Notes under the pieces: generated by a model
The model's database searches: none
Told to the model about the DNA's origin: nothing
What the model saw: only the letters and a program-made list of their open reading frames with translations
Shown: one piece after another, positions 22,938 to 36,502 of the stretch
Layout of the letters: each line of letters opens with the position of its first letter
Position numbering within the stretch: position 1 is the stretch's first letter
From: Harriotta raleighana
Lineage: Eukaryota
Length of the DNA: 64,000 nt
Direction of reading: 5' to 3'
Assembly (NCBI GenBank): GCA_050575255.1
Contig: JBNZDD010013574.1
Location: 1,193,301-1,257,300, forward strand
Program-made: the position numbers and the translations under genes

Positions 22938-25819
22938 GTATAACTACGCACCAAATCATCCTTAACAAAAAAAACACGTGTAAATCGGAGCGAACTGCCC
23001 CCCCCCCCCAATCGACGCGTTTAATGAAGGGACTGCTCTTTAACAAGACGACGCGCACCATTTGTAAAGCTCCAGTCATTATTTTTCGCAACCGACACAC
23101 ATCGGGAATCGGTTGGGCAAGGGAAAAAAATGTCCTTGCGTTTGAGCGAGTGCCTTTCACATCAGGAGGGAGGCAGGTCTCAAAGCACCCAGCAGGATTC
23201 ACTGCAAAGTGTAGTGTAGTGACCGGGTATTTTTACCGGCGTAAATTTAATAAGAATAAGCACCCGTCGAAACGAGGAGGTTCTCTGTTGTTTTGTCTGT
23301 AACAGCACCGCGGCTTCTAACTGTTTAGATTTTCTCAGAGATCCTTCTGGGAAGGAGAGATAGGAGTAACCAAACGAGACATCTCATAAAACTTAGATTA
23401 GGCAGTGTTTAATGGACCAGGGAATTAAAGCTGTCATAATGCGATTTAGGGGAAAAAGGGTAAAACTAATCTGCCCAGTCACTTAAGCGTTCGTCTCATC
23501 TGTTCCCAGTGTAAGTGAAGTGGTAAATTATGGTGTTATGGCTGCAAAAGCAGGAGAGGTAGACATTGAGATCACAATTAAAACACGATACCTCAAGCGC
23601 GGAACACTCGTCTAATTACAAGGAAGTTGTTTGCTGCACAAAGTGAACCCTGTACTTCTCTCTGAGTGTTGGTGGAGTCTGCGGATCAAATGAGAATTGG
23701 GCAACGTTTTGCGTGGATTAAAATACAGCACTGATCAATAGCATGCTGGCACCAAGAGTATTTTTAGGGCAATGTTTTGACTGGTGCGCTCTCCCAACTA
23801 TCCGTCAATTGAGAGATATACGGGGTGAGGGCAAGTCGGGAGGAAAGGGGAGGGTGTGTGAGAATGTCTTTTGACAGATGCTCCTGAATTAGTCTTGTTT
23901 GATTCAATACGGATTGACACAATGCATGTGTAGTTTATACGGGGAAGGTCTAGAGGAGTCAGGATTTTTTGAGCTCCAGTTATACCTTAGGAAGTTGAAG
24001 AAAAACTTTGCATTCCCTCTGGTTCCCTTGCCTCTTGCAAAGCATGTCTTGCGACCTTCCTCCTCAACCTCGCCTTCGATCACTATCCTAACTCTCCCTG
24101 CCCTCCACCCATCCTGAAAGCAACGCCCTGCTCGGGTCCAAATCTCCGACTCCAATACAAAATAACGCTCTCCCATGTGAAAGGCGCTATCCAAACGTAA
24201 TTTGTTGTGGTGGTGCTTACATACCTCATGACCTTGAGCAGCCTTGGTACGTGAACAAGGTTACAGTTGTGTTTTACAATCACTTTTATTTCAAATGGGA
24301 TGCCACACCAGGCTTAATTCGCTATCCTTTATCTCCATTACTCAGTATGTCTGTCCATCAATGTGTCTAGGTGTCTCTACGCATCAATTTACCTTTCTCT
24401 GTTTACTATCATTCTCTCAGAAGCAAAACATAATTTGGAATGATGTCAACCCGAACACATAAACAAGAATTGTTGGGCTAAACATTAAAACCAGCAGTGT
24501 GTTCATTTACACAGGCGTTTTCTGCTCTAGAGTAAAGCAATCACCAGCGTATTAATCTGATAGCACAACACTGGAACAATGCAAGTCTTTATTCTAAAGT
24601 GACATGTATGACAAGGAGCTGAAAGAGATACTACATTACTAACGCATAGAAGACGATAGATACCGCTCAGTGAATTACAGGACTGAAGAAGCAGTGTGAT
24701 GTTGGTGATATCAGAATCCTAAGATGAAAGTCTGAGGCTTTTGTATTAATTATCTAAGCACAAAGTATATTAATGCTGAATTACTCATGGAAAAAATCCT
24801 GGCTGTTATTTTTAATGATGTAGTGGTATGTGGTCAGAATTTTTGAAATTAGAGTAATACCTCATGATGTATATTGGTTTTATGATGTTGAACATTAAGA
24901 AACTGCGGTTTTGGAGTATGGGGAAATTCAGCATCACCAGGCTATTTTTTGACAGTGAATTACATAACGGGGGGGGGAAAAAAAATCTCTAGCGTGAATG
25001 TATTATAATGTCATTTGTTACAGGGCAGAAGAGAACTAAATTGAGCTAAATTGATTGGGAATGATGGATAATTCATTTAGATTTTCCGTTCCTGACCTCA
25101 TTTGAATTCAATTCCAGAGTCAATCATACCTATTTTCAATTCAATTAATTGAAGCGCTCTCCAAACCAGTTTATTTCCCTTTGGATCCATTTTCTTCTGC
25201 CCCACCGTAATTCTTTTTGGATCAATTTCGTGACTAACATGAGATACATTTTTAAAGATGCATGTTTTGCTTCCACAACCGCACACAAAATGTGAGATGA
25301 CAAAATTGGTTTAGAGTACAAATGTGAAGAGTAAATATTTTAAACTAGCCTCGCAAAACCCTACAATGGTGTATTATTCATTGTGGGGAAATGGTCTTAA
25401 AAAGCAAATGAATAAGCATTAGATCCATTTTAAAACCTGTTCATGTGTATTGGTCGCACGAACATCAACGGTGTTTCTGGGCACATCAAGCGAGAAAACG
25501 TGTGATTTGAGATTTGGTTTTGCAGCACAAAGGAGTGCAAGTAAAAATGGTAAAAAAAAAAATCCACACACACACACACAGATCAACAATAATGATTTGG
25601 TCACTCAATTCCACAACTGTTTCTGGGGACATTGCTACGCGCAATTGGCTGCCGCGTTTCACCCACAAAGTGTGCAGTGAATTCACTTTGCAGTATAGTC
25701 TGTGAAGTGCTTTGCGACGTCTGGAAGGCGTGTAAAATGCGATATCAAGTGCAAGGATGATTATTATTAGTATTATTGTGATCAATCAGCATTCAGAATG
25801 ACAAAAAAAAAACGGGTCA

Positions 25820-26140
25820 GTAGGTTGTGAGTTCAAGCCTCACGTCGGGACTTTGAACCCACACAATCTGGAGCTGTTCGTCCAATTCAGGGCTACCTTT
25901 GTTGCAGTCATTCATCCTTCAAATGAGACTTTCAGAGTTTCGCCCGATGCCCAGGCAATCAATCCCCCGGTTGAAATTGGTCATTCACTTCGTACCTGTT
26001 TGTGGATCTTCGCTGAGCACAAATGGGCTGCCGCGATTGCAGTCGCAACCCACAGTCACAGTGCGTTTATTGTACATTCAGTGAAGTGCTTTCAGAACGT
26101 TCCCCCTAGGACAAAAGGTGCTGCGTCAGATGCAAAGATT
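25820..26140 (+). mobile_element. Old DeuSINE-like element
   Basis: aggttgtgagttcaagcc B-box...tgtttgtggatcttcgctgagcacaaatgggctgccgcg...gtgaagtgcttt...agatgcaaag. Confidence 0.55.
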
Positions 26141-26885
26141 GTCGAGGTTATTTATTTGATTCAAGCGAATTGAACAATAAGTGGATTAATAAAGCCTCTT
26201 TCCTCCCCCCTCTCCCCCTCAGCCAGCCCGCACCACACACAACAAGTGCTCATCGCTCACATCAGCTAATTACATCAGCGCGGAGTTTTTTTCAACCAAA
26301 AATTTGTTCTCTCAACTAATTTAGTCGCGGAAACCAGCACTCCCGTGTGGGCAGAGAGTAGAAACATTAAATGTAAATGCCATCATTATTTTGGTCGTTT
26401 CATGAACCCGAACTAATGGAAAACATTACTCGGGAAGCATCCATGTATCTAAGGTGGTTATCTTCCTAATTTGTTTAGCTGCAATGCACACGCGTGTTTA
26501 TCTTCCTGCGTCAGCCGAGAGGAGAGAGGAGAAGAGAAGTGGTAGGGAGTCTCAAGTCAAATTGCTGTGGCCCTCCCCGGGGGAGCACAGCGTTGCCTTC
26601 GGAGAGTGCAATTTGATCGTTGTTTGTCAGGCGGAAATTAAACTGCTTAATTTCAGCAGAGTTCCAAACCTCAGATTGCCTCACATCGAGCCCAACCCTG
26701 GCAGGTATCCTTGCTGCAGCTGTTACTAAACAGGGACGTGTTTTCATGCGCTTCACTGTATGGCCACCAGACCAGATCCTGAAAGTATTAAATCAGGCGA
26801 TTGTTTCTGAGTAACTGTGCTCTACTGCTCACCGCGATCCTCTTGGCACTGTGTAGGAGTTAGCTGGAATGTAGTAACAATACCA

Positions 26886-27181
26886 GTAGTAATCCTTGCA
26901 TTTGATATGGTGCCTTTCACATCTTCGAGGCGTCTTAAAGGGCTCCATAGAATATACTGTAAAGTGGATTGACTGTATTTAAGTGGGCGAAACGCGGCAG
27001 CCAATTGCGCAACAGCAGTGTCCCCACAAACAGTCATGGACCGAAATGACCAATCTGTTAGTGTTTATGATTTTTCGAGGGATTGTAATCAGGCGTGTGG
27101 AGTAAGGAAACTTGCCCAAAGTTTTGCTCAGGCCTCTCACTTGTTAAGGCGAGTGCTCTAAGCACTGAGCTACAGGAATCC
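26886..27181 (-). mobile_element. tRNA-derived SINE, followed by an oppositely oriented partial copy (about 27177-27385, +)
   Basis: rc head/core/tail, then cacggctgtttgtgggac...gtgaaaggcgc...(att)n on the + strand. Confidence 0.8.
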
Positions 27182-27426
27182 ACGGCTGTTTGTGGGACAT
27201 TGCTTGCAAGCGAATTGTTCACCTACAAAACACTTAGTCACTACGCTTTAAATCGAGTCCTGTGAACCACTTTGTGATATCCTCCTGGTGTGAAAGGCGC
27301 TGAATCAGAAAATCAAGGATAACTATTATTAGTTGTGGTATTATTATTTATTATTATTATTATGATTGTCATTATTAATGTTGTTCTCACGATAAACATT
27401 TTGTGTTGACCGCATATTCCTTTCAG

Positions 27427-27641
27427 GGAAAACTCTGAACGTCCTTCACCGGGGATTGGCTATAGATACTGGAGAAGTGGACGTGGGATCTCACATGATG
27501 CAGACAATCCCCCCAGGCTTGTTCTGGCGATTCCAAATCACCACTGAACAGCCCGTCTACCTGAAGTTCAACGTGTCGCTGGCAAAGGACGCCTTGTTAG
27601 GGATCTATGGCCGACGGAACCTTCCGCCCACACACACACAG
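27427..27641 (+). CDS. TENM1: Teneurin-1 exon ([21 protein letters not shown]...[15 protein letters not shown])
   Basis: Acceptor ccttttcag|, donor CAG|gtaccg; 215 nt, phase 1 to 0. [11 protein letters not shown] and [12 protein letters not shown] motifs. Confidence 0.93.
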
Positions 27642-28719
27642 GTACCGGCAATAGTTTTGCCCGACGGGAGACTGAGCAGCTTGAGATAAAAGTTGATCCT
27701 CAACTCCGAGCCATGGACCATCGCGTACAAGTCGACAAATTGACGTCGGGTTCGTCCAACAGCAAAGCATCGACCTTGGCGTCGATGGATTTGCATGTTG
27801 CGGAGATGTTAATTGTGAAATCCATAGAAATCGGGACCACAACCAAAACAAAGGCAACCCAAAATAAGTGCGCATTGAATTCTCACAAAGGGCTTTGTTA
27901 AATAGCGCAACGTCGAGCAGATACTTTTGGAATTCAATTTAGCTGTGGCTCTACAGCACTCCAGGCAAAGCTTCCTTTGCCCACAATCTGCTACTTGCCA
28001 AGATTGCTGCATTATTTTTCAATGGAGCACACATCGAATGTACTTCCAGTTGATTTCCCTCATGTTTTTACACAAACCCGCATTAACGCACATCCACAAT
28101 AGCGCTCACCAACTATACAACGCCATGACCACATTCCACTAGATTAGACTTAATATATCTCAACCAGTTAACATAATTTAGAGTGTTTTTTTTGTTGCCA
28201 GTAACATTAATTATTTATGTATCAGCCGTTCACATCATAGCTACTTCATTAGTTTGCAGAGGTATTGGGCTGATTAGCATAATGAGCCTTACCTAATTTC
28301 CTCTCTAGTTAGCGTTCACTCATCTCACGACAATATTTTTTAATTGCTCCAACTAACTACAACTTTTTGGACAAACAACATTTTCCCTTGTGTGTCACAT
28401 GACAAAATTTATCTCTCATACAATGGAAGGTCGCTGTGAGAAAGCACCGGGTTTCACAACAAAACCTTCTTGTTATCAGTCCCCGCGGGACTTAAGGAGC
28501 TGCTCTGCTGTGAAAGAACATTCATGTCACTGTTCAATGGTATTCGGGTTTTTCAAAATGTTATTCGGGTTTTTCATTTACCCAAAGTTGAAGCTAGTGA
28601 GGCATTCCCCTACATTTGCTTTAGATGCAGATCCCGTACATGGATTCGGTTGGGCATTGACTGTTAATCAAGATAAGTTGAAACATCATTAGGAAAGCAA
28701 AACTAAGATGACTAACTAA

Positions 28720-28937
28720 AATAATAATAATCCCTCCCTCAAAAAATCACAACAATAAAATTGGTCATTTCAATCCATGACTGTTTGTGGGGACGCTGCT
28801 GTGCGCAATTGGCTGCCGCGTTTCGCTCACAATTAGACAGTCAGTTCATTATACAGTATATTCTGTGAAGCACTTTGAGACATCCAGAAGACGTGGAGAG
28901 CGCTATATCAAATGCAAGGATTATTTACTATTATTAG
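28720..28937 (+). mobile_element. SINE 3' half
   Basis: aattggtcatttcaatcc...gtgcgcaattggctgccgcgtttcgc...aaatgcaaggatt. Confidence 0.8.
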
Positions 28938-30090
28938 ATCAGAAAGGGGCAGAAATCTAACTGAAAAGTTCAGAGGTTTGGGCACCCAAGAACGTTGAGT
29001 TAAAATTCCCATTCAAGTGCAGCTCTCGACACTTTTGGCGACTGACACAAGACTATGAAAAAGGTGCTCCCCATTCCTGCAAACGCCATCGTCAACATTN
29101 AAATCTAACTGAAAAGTTCAGAGGTTTGGGCACCCAAGAACGTTGAGTTAAAATTCCCATTCAAGTGCAGCTCTCGACACTTTTGGCGACTGACACAAGA
29201 CTATGAAAAAGGTGCTCCCCATTCCTGCAAACGCCATCGTCAATCCCTCCCAAGGGNTTGGCGACTGACACAAGACTATGAAAAAGGTGCTCCCCATTCC
29301 TGCAAACGCCATCGTCAACATTGCATTGCACAACAGAATTATTTTGACCCATTCGTTCATGAGACCCAACTCTTCGAACCCTGTCACTTCCACTTTCTAG
29401 GACAGCAAGCGAATTGTTGATTGTGGGGGGAAATCAAACAGGGAAAGCTAGACTTGCTGCAGGCGAGGAGCTAGTCGTAAAGGCAGTGGAGAACAAACAA
29501 TAGTGGAACTGATTTAGTGAAAGATCAATGCAGTATAACCCCAGTGAATTGTGACCCGAATAGAGGGCTGTGTAAATGCAAACAAGGTCGGTATCCGAGT
29601 GTTAAATCGGTGGGAGAAATTCCGTGACTCTTTTTCCCCCTCCTGTCAAGACATGCACCTGCACGCATCCTTCACAGGGAAAGAGGCCACCGAGTTCTCT
29701 GTATATTTGGGCATCCATAGTGCAGTGCAAATCAACTAATGATAGACACAATTACTGTAGGTTGAAAGAGATGGATGGCATATCAGTTTGCCTTGGGGTG
29801 GTCTATTCCACTTGGGTAACTAATTGAGAAATAATGAAACTCATCACAGCTGGGCTGGCAAATCTGATTGCAGTGAGCCAGTGGTGGGATCCTCGCCATT
29901 GTATTAATGGCTTTCTCATCTTTGGTTCAGATATTAAAGCCAAAAGCGTCCCATCCCTCCCCATTTGCAAATCCGGCCTAAAGGCCTTCCTTTTTGATCA
30001 GCCAGCCAAACAGGCAGATTGACTGACTGACTGACTTACTTACTTTTCATTTTGATTATAATTTGGATTTGGATGTTCCTGTCTTTCCAG

Positions 30091-30301
30091 TTTGATTTTG
30101 TGAAACTCCTGAATGGCAAACAGCTGATCAAACCAGAGCCCAAAACCCCGGCGGATTCAAAGCACACGCCGAGAAACCTAATCCTAATCGCCCTCCAGGA
30201 GACAGGATTCATTGAGTACATGGATCCGGGAACTTGGTACTTTGCCTTCTACAACGATGGGAAGAAGATGGAACAGGTCTTTGTCCTAACTTCTGTAATA
30301 G
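30091..30301 (+). CDS. TENM1: Teneurin-1 exon (FDFVKLLNGKQL...WYFAFYNDGKKMEQVFVLTSVI)
   Basis: Acceptor gtctttccag|, donor G|gtaaag; 211 nt, phase 0 to 1. LQETGFIEYMDPGTWYFAFYNDG motif; HTPR rather than a basic RxRR furin site, as in teneurin-1. Confidence 0.96.
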
Positions 30302-31970
30302 GTAAAGTGTTATTTAATAATTCTAACCAATGCTTTACGCAGTCACGCCACATGAGCTGTCTTGATTTACCGTCTGTTTAATCTGGTAAAAACAACCCAG
30401 AACCTTGTTTGCTTTCCTTCACCGCAGAACTATGTGGGCTGACGTTCTCAGCGTTATTTTGACAATAGCTCAAATCCTGTTCACTGCATGTCTGTCTCCT
30501 TCCAAGCAAATAGAAATCAGGTCCAAACAAAAAAATGTCCTATGTGACACTCCACACCGATTGACAAGGGGTTGACGTACAGTTAATCAACGTAGAAGAA
30601 GAGCGGACTATATCGAGCTGTCAATGGTCATTTGAAGGACAACGATAAATTATAGACAATGTTTCTCTCTTTCGTCCTAATATTCTTGATTTTATTGGAT
30701 CACGATGCAGTTTTTCCAGTGGCATAACGGATGATTTCTGCTACGTTGCTCTGTTTACTCGTGGCAGGTTGTTTATTGCTATACGGCTAGTCTTATGAAT
30801 CTTAAAAGTGATTTAATCTAAATGTCTGATCTGCCTTCATCCACGCAGTCTACCAGTGCTGGTAATATAGAGTCATCAAATAAGACATTGTCACTTCAGG
30901 CATTTTCCAAGCAATAGCTCACCCCTTATGAATAATTTCTGTTCAATTTTGCCCTAATGGTTGGTTGCGAAATGCGGAGAGAATCTAGGTAACAAATGTA
31001 CATTAACCGGAAGGTAGAATTCCTGTACCTTATCCAATAAAGAGTTTCATGAAATATGTCGGAGCACAAACTTTTCTTTGAAAAAGATTTATAAATTACA
31101 CATTAGACTTTAGTGGCAAAAAAAAACACATTACTTCAGCCCCGAGTGGGGATTCTTAGAATGTCATTTGCACAAGCAGCACAAATCAAACTGTCCCATT
31201 CTGGACAGTTTCCATATCATTTCACGTCGCAAGGTTACAGATTAGGGGTAAAAAAAAAAGAGGAGAAAGAGAAAAAACTTTTCTACATCTCCAAATCTTT
31301 CAACATCAAAAAAAAAAGCGTTTTGACAGATTCTCCTTTTTCCGACAGTCCAAAAATAATGGCTTCATTATAAATTTTTATTACATTGCTTCCGATATGC
31401 TACTCAGCTCTCTCTCACCCTCTTTCCACTCCCCCTCCCCAGGAGGTAAAGCCAACTGGCCAATGTTATAATGATCCCTAAATGGATAGGATCTACCAAT
31501 TTGCTGCTTGGCCTGTGCTAAGTTGACTAAGAGCGACAACAGCAGTTGGGATACCTCAATTGGCATTGCCTTCAAACACACGGACACAGAGACACTTACA
31601 CATCTAAGCTAAATGCAAGGCTTTTATAATTTCTGTTTTTTTTATCCATTGACCACATGCTGGGAGACACACGTAAAATTATTTAGCATGGGTATAGACC
31701 ATTGGGCTCAAACAGTCTGTGTTTAGACTCCCCTCCACCCCCACTCCTCCTAAATCCCTCTCCCATTCCTGTATCCTTCAAGTATGCGTCCTGCAGTGAG
31801 TTCCAGTCTCCAAGTAAGGAAGTTTTCAGTGAGCATTGGATGAAAATAGGATTAAGCTTGGTTGTGATTTAACTTTGAATTTCCCCATCCCTTCTCTTCG
31901 TTCCTTCCAAATATCCTTCACCGTGGGAAGAGCAACCAAAAAATCAGGCATTTATCATGATGGTGATGAT

Positions 31971-32301
31971 GGAGCTCTGTAGTTCAGTGTTTAGAGCACT
32001 CACCTTATAAGCATGAGACCTGTGTTCGAATCCAGGCAGGTCAGGTCGAAACATTGGGCAAGTTTCCTTACTACACACATCCGCCTAATAATAATCCCTC
32101 AAAAAAAACACAGTTATAGAATTGTTCATTTCAATCCGCGACTGTTTGTGGGGAAGCTGTGTGTGCAATTAACTGCAATGTTTCGCCCACAAATATACAG
32201 TCAATTCACTTTACAGTATATTCTGTGAAGCGCTTTGAGACGCCTGGAAGTTGTGAAAAGCTCTACATCAAATGCAAGGATTATTATTATTATTATTATT
32301 A
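31971..32301 (+). mobile_element. Full-length tRNA-derived SINE
   Basis: A-box-like tagttcagtgttt, B-box gtgttcgaatcc, core, (att)n tail. Confidence 0.88.
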
Positions 32302-32415
32302 CTCCCTTGTGCTTGTGGCTGGTTAAATCCTCTTGCGAATTTTAAGATAAAATAAAATCAAGGGTTGCATTTGTCCCTGAAAGGTCTAACCTGTTCCTTC
32401 TGGTTCCCTTTGCAG

Positions 32416-32517
32416 AAACCATGGATGATTGTTCCACCAACTGCAATGGAAACGGTGAATGTATCTCCGGCCACTGTTATTGTTTTCCGGGCTTCCTTGG
32501 GCCAGACTGTGCGAGAG
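32416..32517 (+). CDS. TENM1: Teneurin-1 exon, EGF repeat 1 ([34 protein letters not shown])
   Basis: tttgcag| ... AG|gtaaaa; 102 nt, phase 1 to 1; six-Cys tenascin-type EGF. Confidence 0.96.
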
Positions 32518-32524
32518 GTAAAAC

Positions 32525-32806
32525 ATTCACAACCTGTGGGCGAGCCTTCAGCCACTCTACCCCCAACCTCTGGAACTCCATCCTACAGTCCCTCCGCCTC
32601 GTCCCCCCTCCCTGATCTCCTTCAAATCTCGGCTCAAGACCCTACTCTTCGATGGTCCCATCGGCTACTCCAAATGTCCCCCCTTTCCCTCCGCCCCCCC
32701 CCACCCCCTGTGCCCAGCTCGGGTCTGAAGCAATGACTGTCCAGCTCCTTGGGACGTCCTCCTGACTTGAAAGGCACCATAGAAGTTTAATTTTGTTGTT
32801 GTTGTT
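32525..32806 (+). mobile_element. L2 LINE 3' fragment directly after the EGF1 exon
   Basis: [21 protein letters not shown]; ttgggacgtcctcctgacttgaaaggc...(gtt)n tail. Confidence 0.75.
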
Positions 32807-33272
32807 AATAAAATGTGACCATTTTATATTGTAGGGTATTGACTATTTGGTGGGAGGTGGGTGATGTGTGGGGGGGAGGGATGTAAGTAAATACAGTGAG
32901 AGCTCCATCATGTTCATTCAAGTTGCTCAGAGAACTGACAGAGGGTAGAACGGAGGATAGCTAGGCGCTATTCCAAACACAGGAGCTTCTCCTGGTGTCT
33001 GACCCAACAATTCCCCAGATAAAATTGTGTGAGACATTGCTGTATACATTATTCAAATTGGTTGCTGTGTTTCTCTGAACCCAAATATACAGTCAGCACA
33101 AGTCACAAGTGAAGCAGTTTTGAGATATACTCCTGACGCGCAGGACTCTACATCAAACGCGGGGATCGTTATTTTTTAATGATCGTTGTTATTTCTGGAC
33201 GATTATTAATAATGCAAGACGGTGTCAGTGTTGAACTTTCATCGCTCTTTGTACCTTTCATTCCCTCGTCAG

Positions 33273-33467
33273 ACTCCTGCCCCGTTCTCTGCAGCGGAAA
33301 CGGGCAGTACGAGAAAGGCCACTGCCTTTGCCACAGCGGGTGGAAAGGGCCCGAGTGCGACATACCAGAGGAGCAGTGCATCGATCCGACTTGCTACAGC
33401 CACGGCACGTGCAATGAGGGAACTTGCGTCTGTATTCCTGGCTACCACGGGGACAGCTGTGAAGAAG
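33273..33467 (+). CDS. TENM1: Teneurin-1 exon, EGF repeats 2-3 ([18 protein letters not shown]...[10 protein letters not shown])
   Basis: cctcgtcag| ... AAG|gtcggt; 195 nt, phase 1 to 1; EGF2 carries the teneurin-typical Cys-to-Tyr substitution. Confidence 0.96.
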
Positions 33468-33904
33468 GTCGGTTCTGCTCGGATTGGGTTACGTTCGCTC
33501 GTTTGCCATTTGGCATTTCGGGGCTGTGATTGATTTCGATTGCGTTCAGCAGCATCCGGATGCGGACAGCAGTTCACTGGCCGCCGGTCTCCGATCGTGC
33601 ACGTGCCCTTATGTGATGGTTAATGTATTGAAGCATACCCATGTGGGGGTTGGGTAATCGGGTGCAAGGAAACACGGGCTCTCTCTTGGCTTGCGTCATG
33701 TTTGCCTACAAAATACAACCAAGACACACTTCGCAACATACCACAAGATTGGTTTGGATGAAGAGGGTTCTTCAGTCCACCAGCCCCCTTCAGAACACCC
33801 GACCGATCATCTCCCTATTACTTCATCGCGCCTGCTTTGTAAATGCATCCAGTCCCCTGGCCTCAATCACCCTGCCTGGCAATTCATTCCAGCCGATAGT
33901 TATC

Positions 33905-34180
33905 CGGTTCAGTTCCCGGGCCGGGCAAAACTTTGGGCAAATTTAGTTACTCCACACACCTGATAATAATCCCTCAAGAAAAAAAAATTGGTCATTTCAA
34001 TCCATGACTGCTTGTGGGGACGCTGCTGTGCGCAATTGGCTGGCCTGAGCTGCACCCACAAATATACAGTCAATTCACTTTACAGTATATTCTGTGAAGC
34101 GCTTTGAGACGTCTAGAAGATGTCGAAAGAGCTATATCAACTGCAAGGATTATTATTATGATATTATTATTATTATTATT
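33905..34180 (+). mobile_element. tRNA-derived SINE, 5'-truncated
   Basis: ggttcagttcccgg...ttgggcaaatt...core...(att)n. Confidence 0.8.
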
Positions 34181-34598
34181 TTTATCCTCTGGATAAAGAA
34201 AATCATGTCAGTGTCTGCCCTGAAATTTCCGTAACTTACTCTGAGACTTATTTACCTTTAAAATTCAAACTGAATAAGCATTTTGGGCTTCAAGATGTGT
34301 GAAGGGAACATGAACTCTATAATGTGTCGGACAAATGTCTAGCAAATTGCAAAATATCGCCAGGTAAATTAGTGAATCACTGGTGTAAAATGAGTGTTCA
34401 CCTGCAGTATGCGAATGTCATGGGCTATTACAGTCACACGATTCTTATTGAAACCAAAGAGAAAATGCAGCTCACTTACTGCAACAGTAAAGAATCATAT
34501 CGAAGCGGTAATGGTGCTGAGACGTCAAATACACCTTTATTGCTCTAATATTAACGTAGATTTGAGGGTCTTTTGCATTCAACGTTAGGAAATAGTTA

Positions 34599-35000
34599 CA
34601 GTAAAACCTCGTTTTTCTGTGACTCGATGAACCGGAAAACCCGTTCAACCACCATCTCAAAAAAAGTCCTGATTCGATGAACCAGAAGTTATCCAGCAAA
34701 TAGTGATGACGCGTTTAATGAATGGACTGTCACAAGTGAGTACTGCTGCAGGTACTCACGGATGGCCACAAGTCGGGTCTAAACTCGCTACTGCTCCTTT
34801 TAAAAGTCGCGTTTTTTTTTTACCTCCATCGGATGAGGGCTGTGATTGCGAAGTTAAGTATAAATAATAAAGTACTGATTCAATATTCTGTTATTATTTA
34901 TTCTATTATGGTAGGTGTTAAAATAATTTTCATTTTTTTAAAAACCGTTTAACCGCCACTGGCCAGGTGCTGTGGGTTCCGGATAAATGAGATTTTACTG
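34599..35000. mobile_element. Non-autonomous Tc1/mariner-pogo (Tigger-like) MITE, about 400 bp
   Basis: Left ta|cagtaaaacctcgtttttct; right end rc cagtaaaatctcatttatcc (16/20 TIR match); TA on the left, CA (degenerate TA) on the right. Confidence 0.7.
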
Positions 35001-36470
35001 CACTTCTGTTCTTCCTTTCTGTTCCCTTGTTCACCCTTGCTGACGTGGCTTTTTTTTTGTCTACCTCCAAATGCCACACATTACCTTCTCTCTGTTTTGA
35101 TGTGCTGAGGTGAAAATTGCAAGCTGCGTTGTGCTAATTAGCACCTGCTTTAGTTCATAATACGAACCTGAGCTTCAATTTACACCCCCCCCCCCCCCCC
35201 CCCCCACCCCGCCCTCCCAAGAATCTGCCTTCGTCAAATCAACACCGGCCGCTGATTTTTTTCCTGAAGAGTCCCAAAGGCAATTGACATCTCGCGTTGC
35301 GTAACGGTGACACATCTTGAGAACTCAGAGGCCCAGAACAGCTGATGAGATAAGTTATCAGTGGCCCAGTTAGACAGGGGAAAGCGTTCCTGAAACATTT
35401 ATCTCCTCCGAGTATCCGCTTTAGCAATTCGAAGAAGGGTTCCTTTTTTTGTTTGTTTGGCAAAGGTGCCTGCGATAATCAGATCGCAAAGATTATGAGT
35501 TGAAGTCACTGAAAGCCCTCTGTCACAGCGAGCCAGAACCCACCCGATAGTTTTCAGGGCAGGCAAGGCTGTGTCTTGCCTGATCCGTGAACAAAGCGAA
35601 ACAAAAACATATTTCACACGCCCTCTAGAGTTTGGTGAGCTGTGATGTTCCTTCAAAGTAATAATAATTATGATAATAATCCTTGCATTTGATACAGTGC
35701 TTCACCATGTCTCCGAGACGTCTCAAAGCGCTTTACGCAAGTGAATTGACTGTATATTTTGTGGATTTAAAAGGCTGGAAGCTTTCTCAGCCAGTCTCTC
35801 TCCTCAGAGTTTAACAGAAGGTACACTTGCCTCTCTCTCCCCCCATCCCCACCACCACCCCCTCCCCGCCCACAACCCGCAATCCACAGAGCAAGAGATT
35901 AGTTTGTTTCTTTAAAACATGCCTCTTGATTTCTCGGCTTCGAAAGGGTGAAGAGGTGAAGATGTGAACTTGCAAAGCCACTGTCACACCCGAGTGTGGA
36001 GAGCGCGAGGCGCAGCGTAAACGAGCAAATACCCGTTCAATCCCCTCCTCTCAGGCGTGGAGACCCAACCAACCGACGTTGAACTTCTACCTGTTTGTAA
36101 TCAAAGCAAATCCTCGCCAATGAAGCTGTCTGCCACAAGCTTTATAGCTACCGCTCCCCAATGGCACAAAGTGAAGTGTTTCCATTTCGCGGAATGCATT
36201 TGCAGGCATCGAATAGTAACTCCTGCCCATGTTTACCTACAGTCGAATGTAATGCTGTCTGCACTGGTTGGCCCCAGGAGAGGCTGACTGCGATCTGGGT
36301 TCAATAGGGTGCATGCGAGTCTGATTATTTTTTTTAACTGGATAGGCTCCAAGCATTGGTAGATTAATGGGCATTTCCCGGAGATGTGAATCTAATCCAC
36401 TTGCGGCAATTTTTCTTTTGGTGGGGGGGGTGGGGGCGGGGGGAGGTGAGAGCGACAGCAAGTATNAATT

Positions 36471-36502
<32 letters not shown>

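Noticed and set aside
22417-23202. 261-aa minus-strand ORF, the longest in the track
   Set aside because: It is antisense to a TENM1 exon plus degraded repeat sequence, has no recognisable domain, and is probably a chance open frame.
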